From: Pseudomonadota bacterium
Lineage (GTDB): Bacteria; Pseudomonadota; Gammaproteobacteria; Burkholderiales; JABEVD01
NCBI GenBank assembly: GCA_021802655.1
Contig: JAJZRP010000005.1
Span: 1 to 63,610, forward strand
Length of the DNA stretch: 63,610 nt
Reading direction: 5' to 3'
The position numbers and the translations under genes were made by a program. Positions 40,597-51,393 of the stretch are shown in pieces. Below the pieces are notes generated by a model. It saw nothing but the letters and a program-made list of their open reading frames with translations, was not told where the DNA came from and searched no databases. Position 1 is the stretch's first letter. Each line of letters opens with the position of its first letter.

Positions 40597-41361
40597 ATGA
40601 AGCACATCGCCTCCAAAGACAATGCGCTTTTCAAGATGCTCTTCAGGATCGAAAATTCCGTGAGGGAAAGAAGAGAGCAGGGCAAGACCATTCTGGACGG
40701 CGTCCACCTCCTGGATGCCTGCATTTCGGCAGGAGTCAAACCCGAGCTTGTCGTCGCCAGGGAATCCTCACGGGATGCTCCGGAAATCCGGCCTTTTCTG
40801 CAGGATGGCAATGTCGCCTCGATGAGCGACAGCCTTTTCGACAGGATTTCGCCGGTCAAGAACCCGACCGGAATCCTTGCACTGATTTCGATTCCGCTTC
40901 GTGAGCCGCTGGAACAGCCCGAGTTCTGCGTTTTCCTGGACGAAATCCGGGACCCGGGCAATATGGGGGCGATATTGCGTTCTGCAGCCGCAGCCGGTGC
41001 GACGGATGCCTTCCTCTCCAAAGGCTGCGCGGACCCCTGGTCGCCCAAGGTATTGCGGGCAGGAATGGGGGCGCATTTTTCGATCAGGGTCCATGCCGAT
41101 TCGGAACTTGCCGGCCTCGTGCGCAATTTCCATGGGAATGCGATTGCCTTGAGCCTGGATGCCGATATCTCGCTTTTCGACCTGGATCTGAAGGGAAGGG
41201 TAGGGTTCGTGATCGGCAACGAAGGAGCCGGGATTTCCAGGGAAATTCTCTCCGTTGCAGGCATCCGGGCGAGGATTCCGATGCCGGGGAGGATCGAGTC
41301 GCTCAATGCGGCTCAAGCCGCTTCAGTCTGCTTTTTCGAGCGAGTCAGGCAAATGGCATGA
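40597..41361 (+). CDS. TrmH/SpoU family RNA methyltransferase
   Basis: IRDPGNMGAILRSA, KVLRAGMGAHF, GNEGAG, IPMPGRIESLN. Confidence 0.93.
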   Translation: MKHIASKDNALFKMLFRIENSVRERREQGKTILDGVHLLDACISAGVKPELVVARESSRDAPEIRPFLQDGNVASMSDSLFDRISPVKNPTGILALISIPLREPLEQPEFCVFLDEIRDPGNMGAILRSAAAAGATDAFLSKGCADPWSPKVLRAGMGAHFSIRVHADSELAGLVRNFHGNAIALSLDADISLFDLDLKGRVGFVIGNEGAGISREILSVAGIRARIPMPGRIESLNAAQAASVCFFERVRQMA

Positions 41362-41888
41362 TCGTTCTGTTCAACAAGCCCTATGGCGTGCTTTCCCAGT
41401 TCAGCCAGGAGGCAAATCATGGAACGCTCAAGGACTTCATCCCGATTCCCGGAATCTATCCTGCCGGGCGCCTGGATGCTGACAGCGAGGGGCTCTTGGT
41501 TCTGACCGACGAAGGGGGCTTGCAGCACAGGCTGAGCCATCCCAGAGGGAAAACCGAAAAAACCTATCTGGCTCAGGTCGAGGGCGAGCCTGGCGAAGTT
41601 GCGATCTCCGCGCTTTCGCGGGGGCTGGACCTTGGCGACTTCGTCACCAAACCCGCGAAAGCCAGAGCTATCGGGGAGCCGGAATGGTTATGGGAGCGCG
41701 ACCCACCCATACGATACCGCAAATCCATTCCCACCTCTTGGCTGGAACTCGTGATTTCGGAAGGGAAGAACAGGCAGGTGAGAAGGATGACCGCGAAAGT
41801 CGGCCATCCCACCCTGAGACTGATTCGTTATGCGGTCGGGAGCTGGACCCTGGAGGGGTTGCTCCCGGGCCAATATTCAGCCCTCTGA
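41358..41888 (+). CDS. rluE: Pseudouridine synthase (RsuA family, RluE-like)
   Basis: FNKPYGVLSQF, GRLDADSEGL catalytic Asp, EGKNRQVRRM; no S4 domain. Confidence 0.88.
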   Translation: MIVLFNKPYGVLSQFSQEANHGTLKDFIPIPGIYPAGRLDADSEGLLVLTDEGGLQHRLSHPRGKTEKTYLAQVEGEPGEVAISALSRGLDLGDFVTKPAKARAIGEPEWLWERDPPIRYRKSIPTSWLELVISEGKNRQVRRMTAKVGHPTLRLIRYAVGSWTLEGLLPGQYSAL

Positions 41889-43700
41889 TTTGCTGCCTCT
41901 GGAATGGCGCTTCCTCTCGTTTTCGGTGAGGTGGCGCTTTCTCAGGCGTATCGTTTTCGGCGTGATCTCGACGAGTTCATCGTCGTCGATGAATTCGATT
42001 GCGGATTCCAGCGTCAGCTGGATCGGAGGCGTCAGGGTTACGGCCTCGTCCGTTCCGGAAGCCCTGACGTTGGTGAGTTGCTTGCCCTTGATCGGATTCA
42101 CCACGAGATCGTTGTCCCGGCTGTGAACGCCGATGATCATGCCTTCGTACAGCCTGTCTCCGGGGACCACGAACATCCTGCCCCGATCCTGCAGTTTCCA
42201 CAACGCATAGGCGACTGCCTCGCCCTGTTCGGCCGATATCAGTACGCCGTTTCTGCGCGATGCAATCTCGCCCTTCGCGGGCGCATAGTCGTCGAAAACA
42301 TGGCTCATCATCCCGGTGCCTCGGGTCAGGGTCATGAATTCGGACTGGAACCCGATGAGGCCCCGCGCGGGAATGCGATAATCGAGCCGGGTTCTGCCCA
42401 GACCGTCGGAGACCATGTCCAGCATTTCGCCGCGCCGTGTGCCGAGGGCTTCCATGACTGCTCCCTGATTCGCTTCCTCGACATCCACCGTGAGCGCTTC
42501 ATAAGGTTCGCATTTTACGCCGTCGATTTCCTTCATCACCACGCGTGGACGGGAAACGGAAAGCTCGTAACCTTCGCGGCGCATGGTTTCAAGGAGAATG
42601 GTCAAGTGGAGTTCGCCGCGTCCCGAAACCAGGAAGCTGTCGGTATCCGATGTGTCCTCGACTCGCAGGGCGACATTGGTGAGAAGTTCCTTGTCCAGCC
42701 TTTCCCTGATCTGGCGGCTGGTGACGAATTTGCCTTCCTGTCCTGCGAAGGGCGAGGTATTGACCTGGAAAGTCATGGTCAGAGTGGGCTCGTCCACTGC
42801 GAGGATGGGCAGGGCCTCGGGCCTGGCCACGTCGCTGATGGTGACGCCGATGCCGATCTCTTCGATACCGTTGATGAGCACGATGTCGCCGGCTTGAGCT
42901 TCATCGAGCAATACCCGGTTGAGTCCTGAAAACCCCAGTACCTGGTTGATTCTTCCTTTTTTGGCCGGCTTGTCGCCGTTCAGGACAACCACTTCCTGCC
43001 CCGGCCTGATTCTGCCGCGCGCGATTTTGCCGACGCCGATCCTGCCGACAAAGCTCGAATAATCGAGTGCGCTGATCTGGAGCTGGAGCGGTTCATCAGG
43101 ATTCCCGGAGGGGGCGGGAACATGCTTCAGGATGGTATCGAACAGCGGACGCATGTCGACATTTTCGTCGGCAAGGTCGAGCTTGGCGTAACCGTTCAAC
43201 GCGGAAGCGTAAACAACCGGGAAGTCGAGCTGCTCGTCTGTGGCGCCAAGATTCGCGAAGAGATCGAAGGTGTGATTCACCACCCAGTCAGGTCGTGCGC
43301 CCGGACGGTCGATCTTGTTCACCAGGACGATGGGCTTGAGTCCGAGGGCGAGCGCCTTTTTCGTCACGAAACGGGTCTGCGGCATCGGGCCGTCGACTGC
43401 GTCGACCAGGAGCACCACGCCGTCGACCATCGACAGAACGCGCTCGACTTCGCCTCCGAAGTCCGCGTGTCCGGGGGTGTCGACGATGTTGATGTGGGTA
43501 CCCATGTAATTGACGGAAGTGTTTTTGGCAAGGATGGTGATCCCGCGCTCCTTCTCGAGGTCGTTGCTGTCCATGACCCTTTCGGACACGACCTGATGGG
43601 AAGAAAAGGTGCCGGCCTGATGCAGCAGCTTGTCCACCAGGGTGGTTTTGCCGTGGTCGACGTGGGCGATAATGGCGATGTTTCTCAAAGCGCGCGACAT
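41877..43700 (-). CDS. typA: Translational GTPase TypA/BipA
   Basis: [38 protein letters not shown]. Confidence 0.98.
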   Translation of the reverse strand: MSRALRNIAIIAHVDHGKTTLVDKLLHQAGTFSSHQVVSERVMDSNDLEKERGITILAKNTSVNYMGTHINIVDTPGHADFGGEVERVLSMVDGVVLLVDAVDGPMPQTRFVTKKALALGLKPIVLVNKIDRPGARPDWVVNHTFDLFANLGATDEQLDFPVVYASALNGYAKLDLADENVDMRPLFDTILKHVPAPSGNPDEPLQLQISALDYSSFVGRIGVGKIARGRIRPGQEVVVLNGDKPAKKGRINQVLGFSGLNRVLLDEAQAGDIVLINGIEEIGIGVTISDVARPEALPILAVDEPTLTMTFQVNTSPFAGQEGKFVTSRQIRERLDKELLTNVALRVEDTSDTDSFLVSGRGELHLTILLETMRREGYELSVSRPRVVMKEIDGVKCEPYEALTVDVEEANQGAVMEALGTRRGEMLDMVSDGLGRTRLDYRIPARGLIGFQSEFMTLTRGTGMMSHVFDDYAPAKGEIASRRNGVLISAEQGEAVAYALWKLQDRGRMFVVPGDRLYEGMIIGVHSRDNDLVVNPIKGKQLTNVRASGTDEAVTLTPPIQLTLESAIEFIDDDELVEITPKTIRLRKRHLTENERKRHSRGSKSEG

Positions 43701-43958
43701 AAATAAGTACTCTGTGGATAAAAACGTTAGATTATATCATGCCCGACACTATGAAACTCTTTAATATCCGGTTATAATTGCCTGGATTTGGTCGTCTTGA
43801 CTTGACTTCCATTTGTTTCATCGTTCCCTGACCTTCCTTTCCACACGGAAATTGAAAAATGCCGGTTAGCGACGATGTGGTGCGCTGGCGGCTTTTTTCT
43901 GCCCTTTCAGGCTTTATCTGCCTGCGCGCGTTTATTTCATCCATTTAGGAAAAAACAC

Positions 43959-45221
43959 GTGTCTTTTGAAAATTTGAATCTGAATCCCCTGATCCTTAAA
44001 GCGATTGCCGAGACGGGTTATACTGCGGCTACCCCCATACAGGAAAAGGCCATACCTGAACTTGTCGCAGGCCACGACCTGATGGCTTCCGCCCAGACCG
44101 GGACGGGAAAAACGGCTGCATTCATGCTGCCCGCCCTGAACAGGCTGGTTGAGCCGGCCAAGGTTGCCGGAAAAGGTCCCCGCATTCTCGTCCTGACGCC
44201 GACCAGGGAGCTTGCGCAGCAGGTGAGCGCTGCCGCTGCGAAATACGGCAAACACCTGCGCAATGCGAAAGTTGTCACGATCCTCGGAGGGATGCCCTAT
44301 CCGCTCCAGAACAAGCTGCTTTCCCAGCATGTCGACATTCTGGTCGCGACCCCCGGGCGCCTCATCGATCACATCGAGCGCGGCAGGATAGATTTCTCCC
44401 GTCTGGAGATGCTCATCCTGGATGAAGCCGACAGGATGCTCGACATGGGATTCATCGACGATGTCGAGAGGATTGCGGATGCGACCCCGAGCGGACGCCA
44501 GACCGTCCTTTTCTCGGCGACCCTCGAGGGCGGGATTGCCAAGCTCGGCGCCTCCCTCATGAGGTCTCCCAAGCTTATCCAGATCGCTGCGCAGACGGCA
44601 AGGCACGAGAACATCGAGCAGCGCCTGCACTATGTGGACGACATGCACCACAAGAACCGTCTCCTGGATCACATGCTGCGCGATATCAACCTCAAGCAGG
44701 CGATCGTCTTCACTGCGACGAAACGGGATGCGGACCTGCTTGCGGACGATCTTCTGTCCAAGGGATACGAGGCTGCTGCATTGCATGGCGACATGAGCCA
44801 GAGGGAGCGCACCAGAACGCTTACGCGCCTGCGCCAGGGGGGGCTCAAGATACTGGTTGCAACCGATGTGGCTGCGCGCGGGATCGACGTGGCGGGAATC
44901 ACCCATGTCATCAATTTCGATCTGCCGAAATTCGCCGAGGATTACGTGCACAGGATAGGGCGAACGGGGCGGGCAGGAGCTTCCGGGATCGCCATTTCCT
45001 TCGCATCCGGACGCGATGCCATGCATGTCAAGAAGATCGAGCGCTTCACCGGGCAGAGCATTGCCCCCCATGTGATCGAGGGGCTTGAGCCCAAATTCAG
45101 GAACCGCCCTGTCGTCACCCACAAGAAGGGCTATGCAGGAAAGGGCGGCGAATTCAGGAATGGCGCCCCGCCACGAAGAAGCTCGAGCGACCGCTTCGCA
45201 CGCGACCGCGGCAACAGATGA
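43959..45221 (+). CDS. DEAD-box RNA helicase (RhlE-like)
   Basis: Q motif, AQTGTGKT, PTRELA, DEADRM, SAT, HRIGRTGRAG; likely GTG start at 43959 after AGGA. Confidence 0.94.
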   Translation: MSFENLNLNPLILKAIAETGYTAATPIQEKAIPELVAGHDLMASAQTGTGKTAAFMLPALNRLVEPAKVAGKGPRILVLTPTRELAQQVSAAAAKYGKHLRNAKVVTILGGMPYPLQNKLLSQHVDILVATPGRLIDHIERGRIDFSRLEMLILDEADRMLDMGFIDDVERIADATPSGRQTVLFSATLEGGIAKLGASLMRSPKLIQIAAQTARHENIEQRLHYVDDMHHKNRLLDHMLRDINLKQAIVFTATKRDADLLADDLLSKGYEAAALHGDMSQRERTRTLTRLRQGGLKILVATDVAARGIDVAGITHVINFDLPKFAEDYVHRIGRTGRAGASGIAISFASGRDAMHVKKIERFTGQSIAPHVIEGLEPKFRNRPVVTHKKGYAGKGGEFRNGAPPRRSSSDRFARDRGNR

Positions 45222-45223
45222 TC

Positions 45224-45254
45224 AAAAAAAAACGGCCCCAGGGCCGCTTTTTTT
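45224..45254 (+). terminator. Intrinsic terminator after the helicase
   Basis: A9-CGGCC-CCAG-GGCCG-C-T7. Confidence 0.75.
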
Positions 45255-45273
45255 CGCCCTATAATAACGGTCT

Positions 45274-47073
45274 ATGACTCACACCACGGACCATCTCATC
45301 AGGCCGGAACAGGCGGTGACCCTGCACGGGCTTTTCCTGGAACGCGCGCGAATCTCGCCGGAAGCCGTCGCCTACCGTTATTTCAACGCGGGTTCCTGGC
45401 ATGACATGACCTGGTTGGATGCGAAGCAGGAAGTTGCGCGCTGGCAGAGAGCGCTGATTTTGGAAGGATTGTCGCCAGGTGATCGGGTTGGCCTCATGCT
45501 CAGGAATTGCCCGGAATGGGTGATGTTCGACCAGGCGGCATTGTCTCTTGGACTCGTCGTCGTGCCGCTCTACACCGTGGACAGGCCTGACAACATCGCC
45601 TATATCGCGAATGATGCGGAAATCAGGGTGCTGCTTTTCGAAACCGAAATTCAGTGGAATGCCCTGAAAAGCGTGAAGGAGCGGTTGCATAACGTGAAGC
45701 GCTTCGTGAGTCTTTCCGGAATCCCCGATTCCGGCGAGCCAAGGCTGGTTTGCTCCAGGGACTGGCTTCCGAAAAACGCAGCGTTGCAGGAGGGGTTCTG
45801 CAAGGATCGCGATGCACTTGCCACCATCATCTATACATCCGGCACCACGGGGCACCCGAAGGGAGTCATGCTCTCCCACCGCAACATCGCCTACAATGCC
45901 TATGCGGGGCTGCTCGCCTTTCCCATAGGGCCGGGGGACGTCATGCTTTCCTTTCTGCCGCTTTCGCATTCCTTCGAACGGACGGTGGGCTATTACATCA
46001 GCATCATGGCCGGTTCCACGATCGCTTTTTCGCGATCCATCCAGCTTCTTCTGGACGACATGCAGGTAGTGCGCCCAACCATACTGGTTTCCGTTCCGAG
46101 GATATACGAGCGCATTTACAATTCGATCCAGGTGGCGCTCGAAAAGGGCACTGCGCTTTCCCGCTGGCTGTTTCGCCTCACCGAAAGAACCGGATGGGGC
46201 ATTTTCGAGCATCGGCAGGGCAGGGCGGGTTGGCAGGTTTCCTTTCTGCTCTGGCCGGTGCTCAGGCGCCTCGTCGCCGACAAGGTGATGCTGCGCTTCG
46301 GGGGCAGGCTGCGCCTTTCGATCAGCGGCGGCGCGCCCCTCCCGCCGGAAATATCGAAGCTGTTCGTATCCCTGGGGCTGCCGCTCCTCCAGGGTTACGG
46401 GCTCACCGAAACCAGCCCCATCGTCAGCGCCAACAGGATAAACAACAATTTTCCGGCAAGCGTGGGACTGCCGCTCCACGGAATAGAGGTCAGAATAGGG
46501 GAAAGCGATGCGCTGCTCGTCAGGAGCCCCTGCAACATGCTCGGATACTGGAAAAACAGGGAAGCGACGGACGCCATGATCTCTCCGGATGGCTGGCTCA
46601 ATACCGGAGACACGGCCAGAATATCGGATACCGGGCATATCTACATTACCGGGCGCATCAAGGAGATCATCGTCATGTCCAACGGCGAGAAGGTGCCGCC
46701 TGCCGACATGCAGCATGCCATCCTGCGGGACCGTTTGTTCGAGCAGGTGATGGTCTGGGGAGAAGGCAAGCCCGGCCTCGTCGCCCTTGCCGTATTGAAC
46801 CCGGAAGCCTGGGCGAGGCTTGCCGGTGAAATCGGGATCGATCCCGATGCGCCGCAGTCTTTGAAGGACAGGCGCGCCGAGAAGAAGGTCCTGGAACGCA
46901 TCGCATCTCAGGTCAGGGAGTTTCCGGGCTACGCCAGGATTTCCAGGGTTCTGCTGCTGCTCGAGCCCTGGAGCATCGAGAACGGCCTCCTGACTCCGAC
47001 GCTCAAACTGAAGCGCGGCAAGGTCTTCGACAGATACTCGAAAGAGATTGAAGAGTTCTATTCAAGATATTGA
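45274..47073 (+). CDS. Long-chain fatty acid-CoA ligase (AMP-binding)
   Basis: YTSGTTGHPKG, LPLSHSFER, GYGLTE, TGD, LTPTLKLKR. Confidence 0.92.
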   Translation: MTHTTDHLIRPEQAVTLHGLFLERARISPEAVAYRYFNAGSWHDMTWLDAKQEVARWQRALILEGLSPGDRVGLMLRNCPEWVMFDQAALSLGLVVVPLYTVDRPDNIAYIANDAEIRVLLFETEIQWNALKSVKERLHNVKRFVSLSGIPDSGEPRLVCSRDWLPKNAALQEGFCKDRDALATIIYTSGTTGHPKGVMLSHRNIAYNAYAGLLAFPIGPGDVMLSFLPLSHSFERTVGYYISIMAGSTIAFSRSIQLLLDDMQVVRPTILVSVPRIYERIYNSIQVALEKGTALSRWLFRLTERTGWGIFEHRQGRAGWQVSFLLWPVLRRLVADKVMLRFGGRLRLSISGGAPLPPEISKLFVSLGLPLLQGYGLTETSPIVSANRINNNFPASVGLPLHGIEVRIGESDALLVRSPCNMLGYWKNREATDAMISPDGWLNTGDTARISDTGHIYITGRIKEIIVMSNGEKVPPADMQHAILRDRLFEQVMVWGEGKPGLVALAVLNPEAWARLAGEIGIDPDAPQSLKDRRAEKKVLERIASQVREFPGYARISRVLLLLEPWSIENGLLTPTLKLKRGKVFDRYSKEIEEFYSRY

Positions 47074-47184
47074 TAAAAAAAATACAAATCCCGTGCTTGA
47101 TTTATGCCCGGATTTTTATCACAATCTCTCAGTCGCCAACGGTTATTTCATGCAGATTCCTCCACTTTTCTCCCCGAACATGCC

Positions 47185-47925
47185 ATGCGCATCCTGATCA
47201 GCAACGACGACGGCTATTTTTCTCCGGGGCTGGCCTGTCTTGCAGAGGCGCTCTCCAAAATCGCGCAGATCACCGTGGTGGCCCCGGAGCGGGACAGGAG
47301 CGGAGCGAGCAATTCGCTTACCCTCGACCGGCCGCTCAACCTCAAGCGCGCCCACAACGGCTTCTATTATGTCAACGGCACGCCGACCGATTGCGTGCAT
47401 CTGGCCGTCACCGGGATGCTGGACGAATTGCCGGACATGGTGGTATCCGGGATCAATCATGGCGCCAACATGGGGGATGACACCATCTATTCCGGGACTG
47501 TCGCTGCGGCAACCGAGGGATTCCTGCTGGGGATTCCTTCCATTGCCGTATCCCTCGCGAGGACCGAGAATGGCAATTTTCAGACTGCCGCGCGCATCGT
47601 TCTGGAAATGGTGCAGCGCTGCAATGAAAAGACGATGAAACAGCCCATGCTTCTGAACGTCAACGTCCCGGATTTGCCCTATGAGGCATTGAATGGCATC
47701 CAGGTGACGCGTCTTGGCAAAAGACACAAGGCCGAGCCCGTGGTGAAAACCAAAAATCCGCGCGGCGAGACGGTTTATTGGGTGGGGGCGGCCGGAGCGG
47801 CTCAGGACATTGCGGAAGATACCGATTTCTACGCCGTTTCCCATAATCAGGTTTCAATTACACCCTTGCAGATCGACCTGACTCATTTCAACCAAATGGA
47901 TGCGTTGAGAAAATGGCTGACCTGA
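47185..47925 (+). CDS. surE: 5'/3'-nucleotidase SurE
   Basis: [26 protein letters not shown]; start at ATG 47185. Confidence 0.97.
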   Translation: MRILISNDDGYFSPGLACLAEALSKIAQITVVAPERDRSGASNSLTLDRPLNLKRAHNGFYYVNGTPTDCVHLAVTGMLDELPDMVVSGINHGANMGDDTIYSGTVAAATEGFLLGIPSIAVSLARTENGNFQTAARIVLEMVQRCNEKTMKQPMLLNVNVPDLPYEALNGIQVTRLGKRHKAEPVVKTKNPRGETVYWVGAAGAAQDIAEDTDFYAVSHNQVSITPLQIDLTHFNQMDALRKWLT

Positions 47926-48578
47926 TCAAAAGGCACAACGGCATAGGCATGACCTCCCAGCGCACCCGGGCGCGCATGGTCGAACGTTTGCGCGAGCAGG
48001 GAATCAGGGATGAGGCAGTGCTGCTTGCGATGAATTCCGTTCCCAGGCATATCTTCGTCGACGAAGCCCTTGCAAGCCGCGCCTACGACGATGTTTCGCT
48101 GCCGATCGGGTTCGGGCAAACCATTTCCAATCCGAAAATCGTCGCGCGCATGCTCGAATTGCTCAATCTGCAAGGCGAACTGGGGCATGTTCTGGAAATA
48201 GGCACGGGATGCGGCTACCAGGCTGCAGTCCTTTCGAGGATTGCGCGGGAAGTCTATTCGGTCGAGCGCATTGCGCCGTTGATCGCCAAGGCCCGCGCTT
48301 CGCTCAAGGAATTGCGCATCCATAACGTCAAGCTCCGTCATGCAGACGGCAATTTGGGTTTCAAGGAAGGCGCGCCGTTCGATGGCATCGTCATGGCGGC
48401 AGCGGCGACTCGGGTTCCGAAAGCTTTGCTGGAGCAGCTTGCCGTTGGTGGTAAAATGGTTTTGCCCCTGGGTGGGCAGGAGCAGCAGTTGTGCGTCATC
48501 GAGCGCGACGAGCGCGGCTATGTCGAGACGATCATGGATGCGGTGAAGTTTGTGCCGCTTGTTCCCGGCATAAACTGA
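47913..48578 (+). CDS. pcm: Protein-L-isoaspartate O-methyltransferase
   Basis: [27 protein letters not shown]. Confidence 0.96.
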   Translation: MADLIKRHNGIGMTSQRTRARMVERLREQGIRDEAVLLAMNSVPRHIFVDEALASRAYDDVSLPIGFGQTISNPKIVARMLELLNLQGELGHVLEIGTGCGYQAAVLSRIAREVYSVERIAPLIAKARASLKELRIHNVKLRHADGNLGFKEGAPFDGIVMAAAATRVPKALLEQLAVGGKMVLPLGGQEQQLCVIERDERGYVETIMDAVKFVPLVPGIN

Positions 48579-48590
48579 GGGTCAAAACCG

Positions 48591-49490
48591 ATGAAATGGC
48601 TTTGTCTTGTTCTACTGTTCCTGGCGGGCTGTTCAACGGCGCCCAACAGGGCGCCGGTCGTCCACAGGCGTCCGACTTCTCCGAGCTTGTCCCAGGTGCA
48701 GGTCGGGAAAGATTGGCGGCCGCAAGTCTACATCGTGAAGAAAGGGGATACCCTGTTCGGAATCGCCCTTGAATTCGGCATGGATTACAGGGAACTCGCC
48801 AACTGGAACAACATCAACGATATCAACAAGATCACCGTAGGCCGGGAACTCAGGCTGACTCCGCCGAATAATGTAGCCGTGACGAAGCCGCTTGCCGGCA
48901 TTACTTCTCCGCTGCAATCTGGTGCGCCCGTCCCGGCGCAGGGCATGGCATCGGCGGCAGGTGAGAACTTGCTGAAAACCCAGCCTGTGGGCGTAGAATT
49001 GCCTTATTCCGACAAGGCACTGCAGCAACTCCAGCCTACTGCGCCGCAGCCCGTTCAGAAGACTGAAGAACCCGCCGTCCAGCCGGTTGAAGCGGCGGGT
49101 CCGGACTGGGGATGGCCGACGAACGGCAAGGTCGTGGCCGGATTCAGCGAAAATGCCAATCTCAAGGGAGTGGACATCGCAGGGAAGATGGGGCAGCCGA
49201 TACTGGCAAGCGCGCCTGGAAAAGTGGTCTATACTGGAAGCGGTTTGCGAGGCTATGGGAAGCTCATCATCATCAAGCACGACAAGACCTATCTCAGCGC
49301 CTATGCACACAACAGCAAAATCCTGGTCAAGGAGGGGCAGATGGTCAAGAAAGGGGAGCAGATCGGGGAAATGGGGGATAGCGACGCGAACCAGGTTATG
49401 CTTCATTTCGAAATCAGGCGATTCGGCAGGCCTGTCGATCCCATGAATTACTTGAAATCCAATCCCTATGATCAAGGTGCTCATCGTTGA
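48591..49490 (+). CDS. nlpD: LysM/M23 lipoprotein NlpD
   Basis: Lipobox LAGC, LysM (VKKGDTL), M23 domain (YAHN, LHFEIR). Confidence 0.92.
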   Translation: MKWLCLVLLFLAGCSTAPNRAPVVHRRPTSPSLSQVQVGKDWRPQVYIVKKGDTLFGIALEFGMDYRELANWNNINDINKITVGRELRLTPPNNVAVTKPLAGITSPLQSGAPVPAQGMASAAGENLLKTQPVGVELPYSDKALQQLQPTAPQPVQKTEEPAVQPVEAAGPDWGWPTNGKVVAGFSENANLKGVDIAGKMGQPILASAPGKVVYTGSGLRGYGKLIIIKHDKTYLSAYAHNSKILVKEGQMVKKGEQIGEMGDSDANQVMLHFEIRRFGRPVDPMNYLKSNPYDQGAHR

Positions 49491-50100
49491 TGACCATGCC
49501 ATAGTCAGGCAGGGTCTGAAAAGAATACTGGCTGAAACGCCCGACATGACCGTGGCCGGAGAGGCCGAAAACGGCGTCGAGGCACTGAAGAAAACCAGGG
49601 AAGGGGAGTGGGATGTCATCCTGCTCGACGTTTCCATGCCCGGAAGAAATGGCGTGGATACCTTGAAACAGATCATGGGTGAAAACAGGGGAGGGAAGGT
49701 GCTGATTTTGAGCATGTATCCCGAGGACCAGTACGCCGTTCGCCTTCTGAAAGCCGGGGCTGCCGGCTACATGACGAAGGAAACCGCTCCCTGGGAACTG
49801 GTGGAAGCGATACGCAAGGTTGCGCAGGGAAGGAAATACATCAGTCCGGCGCTTGCCGAACTGCTATTGCTCGAACTCGATATCGACGCTGAAAAGCAGC
49901 CGCACGAGAGATTGAGCGATCGGGAATATCAGGTTTTCAGAATGCTGGGGTCGGGCAGAACGGCATCGGAAATCGCTTCCCTGATGTCCCTCAGCGTTAA
50001 AACCATCAGCACGCACCGCGCCCATATACTGGAAAAGATGAAACTGAAAAACAACGCGGAGCTCACCCTTTACGCGATTCAGAACGGATTGCTGGACTAA
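49468..50100 (+). CDS. NarL/UvrY-family response regulator (REC + LuxR HTH)
   Basis: VLIVDDH, LLDVSMP phospho-Asp, LSDREYQV..LSVKTISTHR. Confidence 0.93.
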   Translation: MIKVLIVDDHAIVRQGLKRILAETPDMTVAGEAENGVEALKKTREGEWDVILLDVSMPGRNGVDTLKQIMGENRGGKVLILSMYPEDQYAVRLLKAGAAGYMTKETAPWELVEAIRKVAQGRKYISPALAELLLLELDIDAEKQPHERLSDREYQVFRMLGSGRTASEIASLMSLSVKTISTHRAHILEKMKLKNNAELTLYAIQNGLLD

Positions 50101-50151
50101 GGCCTGTTAACCTTGTCCGGTGCGATCGGCAAGTGTTTTAACAGGCCCTAA
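50097..50151. repeat. 47-bp element with 10-bp terminal inverted repeats flanked by CTAA direct repeats
   Basis: CTAA|GGCCTGTTAA..TTAACAGGCC|CTAA between two convergent genes. Confidence 0.6.
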
Positions 50152-50152
50152 T

Positions 50153-50596
50153 TCACTTCGAGCGCATCAGGCGCTGCTTCTCCCTTTCCCAGTCTTTCTC
50201 CTTCTCGGCTTCCCGCTTGTCATATTGCTTCTTGCCTTTCGCCAGGCCGACTTCCAGCTTGATCCTGCCGCTTTTGTAATGCATGTCCAGAGGGACCAGG
50301 GTATAGCCTGCGCGCTCGACCTTGCCGATCAGTTTGTTGATTTCTTCGGCATGAAGCAGCAGCTTGCGGGTTCTCAACGGATCCGGCTGGATATGCGTGG
50401 AGGCGGTGGTTAACGGACTGATATGGCAACCTATGATATAGATCTCTTCTCCTCGGATGACGACATAGGCCTCCTTCAGATTGACCCTGCCGGCGCGAAT
50501 CGATTTGACTTCCCATCCTTCCAGGGCGATGCCGGCTTCATATCGTTCCTCGATGAAGTAATCGTGGAAGGCTTTTTTGTTCTGGGCAATGCTCAT
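50153..50596 (-). CDS. smpB: SsrA-binding protein
   Basis: [38 protein letters not shown]. Confidence 0.98.
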   Translation of the reverse strand: MSIAQNKKAFHDYFIEERYEAGIALEGWEVKSIRAGRVNLKEAYVVIRGEEIYIIGCHISPLTTASTHIQPDPLRTRKLLLHAEEINKLIGKVERAGYTLVPLDMHYKSGRIKLEVGLAKGKKQYDKREAEKEKDWEREKQRLMRSK

Positions 50597-50644
50597 GAAT
50601 CACGGGAAAATGAGATAAAATGCCATTTTACCAGCAATTGACCC

Positions 50645-51079
50645 ATGGCTTTAGTCGAAAAAACGGTATTGGTCCATCATTCCGCGCAACAGATGTTCTC
50701 CCTGGTGGACAACATAGAGGACTATCCTTCCTTCCTGCCCTGGTGCGGTGGCGCTTCGGTAGCCCCCAAAGGGGAGGATGGTTTGGTGCATGCCACTGTC
50801 TTGATCGATTTCCATCATGTCAGAAAATCCTTCACCACGGAAAACAGACGGCAGGCGCCCCATCTCATCGAAATGAAACTGGTGGACGGTCCCTTTGAAA
50901 TGCTGGATGGAAGCTGGCGCTTCATCCCTTATGGCGACGAGGCGTGCAAGATCGATTTCAGGCTGCATTATGAGTTTTCGAACAAGCTGCTCGAAACGCT
51001 GGTGGGACCGATTTTCAACCTGATCGCGAACAGCTTCGTCGATGCATTCGCCAAGAGAGCCGAGAAAGTGTACAAATGA
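50645..51079 (+). CDS. ratA: RatA/PasT (Coq10/START domain) protein
   Basis: YPSFLPWC, GPF..LDGSWRF, FVDAF; divergent from smpB. Confidence 0.92.
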   Translation: MALVEKTVLVHHSAQQMFSLVDNIEDYPSFLPWCGGASVAPKGEDGLVHATVLIDFHHVRKSFTTENRRQAPHLIEMKLVDGPFEMLDGSWRFIPYGDEACKIDFRLHYEFSNKLLETLVGPIFNLIANSFVDAFAKRAEKVYK

Positions 51080-51393
51080 CAGAAGAAATCGAAGTGGAAG
51101 TCGTCTATGCCCTGCCTGAAGTGCAGACGCTGCTCAAATTGAAGGTGCCTGCCGGGACGACCGCGACTCAGGCAGTGGAGCGTTCGGGAATTATGGGGCA
51201 ATATCCGGAAATCGATCTGGAAAAGAACAAGATCGGCGTTTTCGGAAAACTGGTGAAGGGGGATACGGGTTTGCGCCAGAACGACAGGGTGGAAATCTAC
51301 AGGGCGCTCATCGCCGACCCCAAGGAAGTCAGGAGGAAGCGCGCAGAAGAAGGGAAGGTCATGAAAAAAGGCGGGGGCGATCTGCCTACTTGA
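51076..51393 (+). CDS. rnfH: RnfH/RatB family protein
   Basis: VEVVYALP, IGVFGK, DRVEIYR.LIADPKEVRR. Confidence 0.92.
   Translation: MTEEIEVEVVYALPEVQTLLKLKVPAGTTATQAVERSGIMGQYPEIDLEKNKIGVFGKLVKGDTGLRQNDRVEIYRALIADPKEVRRKRAEEGKVMKKGGGDLPT

Noticed and set aside
45259-46716. 485-aa minus-strand ORF
   Set aside because: Antisense shadow of the acyl-CoA ligase.
50645-51393. ratA-rnfH as an accessory toxin-antitoxin system
   Set aside because: Conserved core pair next to smpB; RatA is a Coq10-like protein.
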